Assembly (NCBI RefSeq): GCF_008831285.2
Contig: NC_045138.2
Location: 1-64,000 of the forward strand
Direction of reading: 5' to 3'
Origin: Nymphaea colorata
Lineage: Eukaryota
DNA: 64,000 nucleotides
The translations under genes were made by a program, and so were the position numbers. Position 1 is the first letter of the stretch. Every line of letters starts with the position of its first letter. The notes under the pieces were generated by a model. The model did no database searches and was not told where the DNA came from. It saw only the letters and a program-made list of their open reading frames with translations. Positions 63,207 through 64,000 of the stretch are shown here, in pieces.

Positions 63207-63904
63207 GTAGAAATGACAATCTTTAACATGCCTTTGTACATCCATTCTTCATTCAAGTACTCGATCGATAAAATATCCTATCCTATTCTAATAAATTCGA
63301 ACAAATATTTTATTTCTTTACGTGATCAATTTGATGAGGAATTTAGTTTAATCTTTTTTCTTGTATAACCTTTCTAAATATCTACAATGTTGGTATGGCG
63401 AACCCTCTAACAGGAGATGCAGTTGCATTGGTTTTTAAGATCGTAGGTCATAAATGCCTCTCTTTCTCCTATATTCCCTTTCCTTTTTTGTTTCTCTGTA
63501 AAATTATTTGTGCCGTTGAATTTCGACTCGCTTTCTTACTGTGTGAAGTTTCGGTTCACCTTATGCGGCTCTCCTGCAACAAGAATATGAGGACCGCAGG
63601 AAAATTCACAGACGACGAGTGTGAGCTGCTAAAGTTGTTTGCTTCAACTGATGAAGTGAACATTTGCAAAACTAATTGTTTCATGCTTGCACCTAGGGTC
63701 TTGTTTATGCACAGGTTGCGCTGCGAGCATTGTGTGTCTGTGTGGCGCACATGTTTGTGGCTAACAGTGGACTAGCATGATGGAATTATTTCTTTTGAAC
63801 GTACGACATGATTTTTCTGCACCTTCACCTATGTGCATTTTCACACTTCTAATATGTAAATCTACATATCAAGTCCGAAGAATCATGAGATAGTGCACAA
63901 TCTT

Positions 63905-63956
<52 letters not shown>

Positions 63957-64000
63957 GTAACCCAACATACCAAGCTTTGATGAGAATCAATGTAAGCCCT

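Noticed and set aside
63395..63775. 126-aa ORF downstream of BCKDHA
   Set aside because: No recognisable domain; composition fits 3' flank or UTR.

Overview
Plant (angiosperm-type) nuclear DNA dominated by one Ty3/gypsy Tat/Ogre-lineage LTR retrotransposon that appears three times. Copy 1 is full length on the - strand (66-15288, TSD ATATC). Copy 3 is its mirror image on the + strand (39392-54632) and belongs to a >=17.5 kb inverted duplication that starts exactly at a 100-N gap, so it is probably an assembly artefact. Copy 2 is partial (30667-36554) and belongs to a ~21.3 kb tandem segmental duplication. The element carries an extra plant-mobile-domain (PMD) ORF, gag-protease-G-patch, and RT-RH-aRH-integrase, all with a few premature stops. 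Between the copies lie a decayed L1 LINE, a decayed Ty1/copia interrupted by an older LTR of the same Ogre family, and MITE remnants. The only host gene is an intact 9-exon mitochondrial branched-chain alpha-keto acid dehydrogenase E1-alpha (58745-63206). The most interesting signals are RNA-level features of the Ogre element: (i) seven tandem H-type pseudoknots in the 3' UTR with compensatory changes; (ii) one LTR splice donor after an AUG-free leader plus three similar acceptors each followed by the ATG of PMD, gag or pol, suggesting three monocistronic mRNAs; (iii) an array of ~100-nt covarying hairpins in the LTR just downstream of that donor. All alignments and folds were done by eye.
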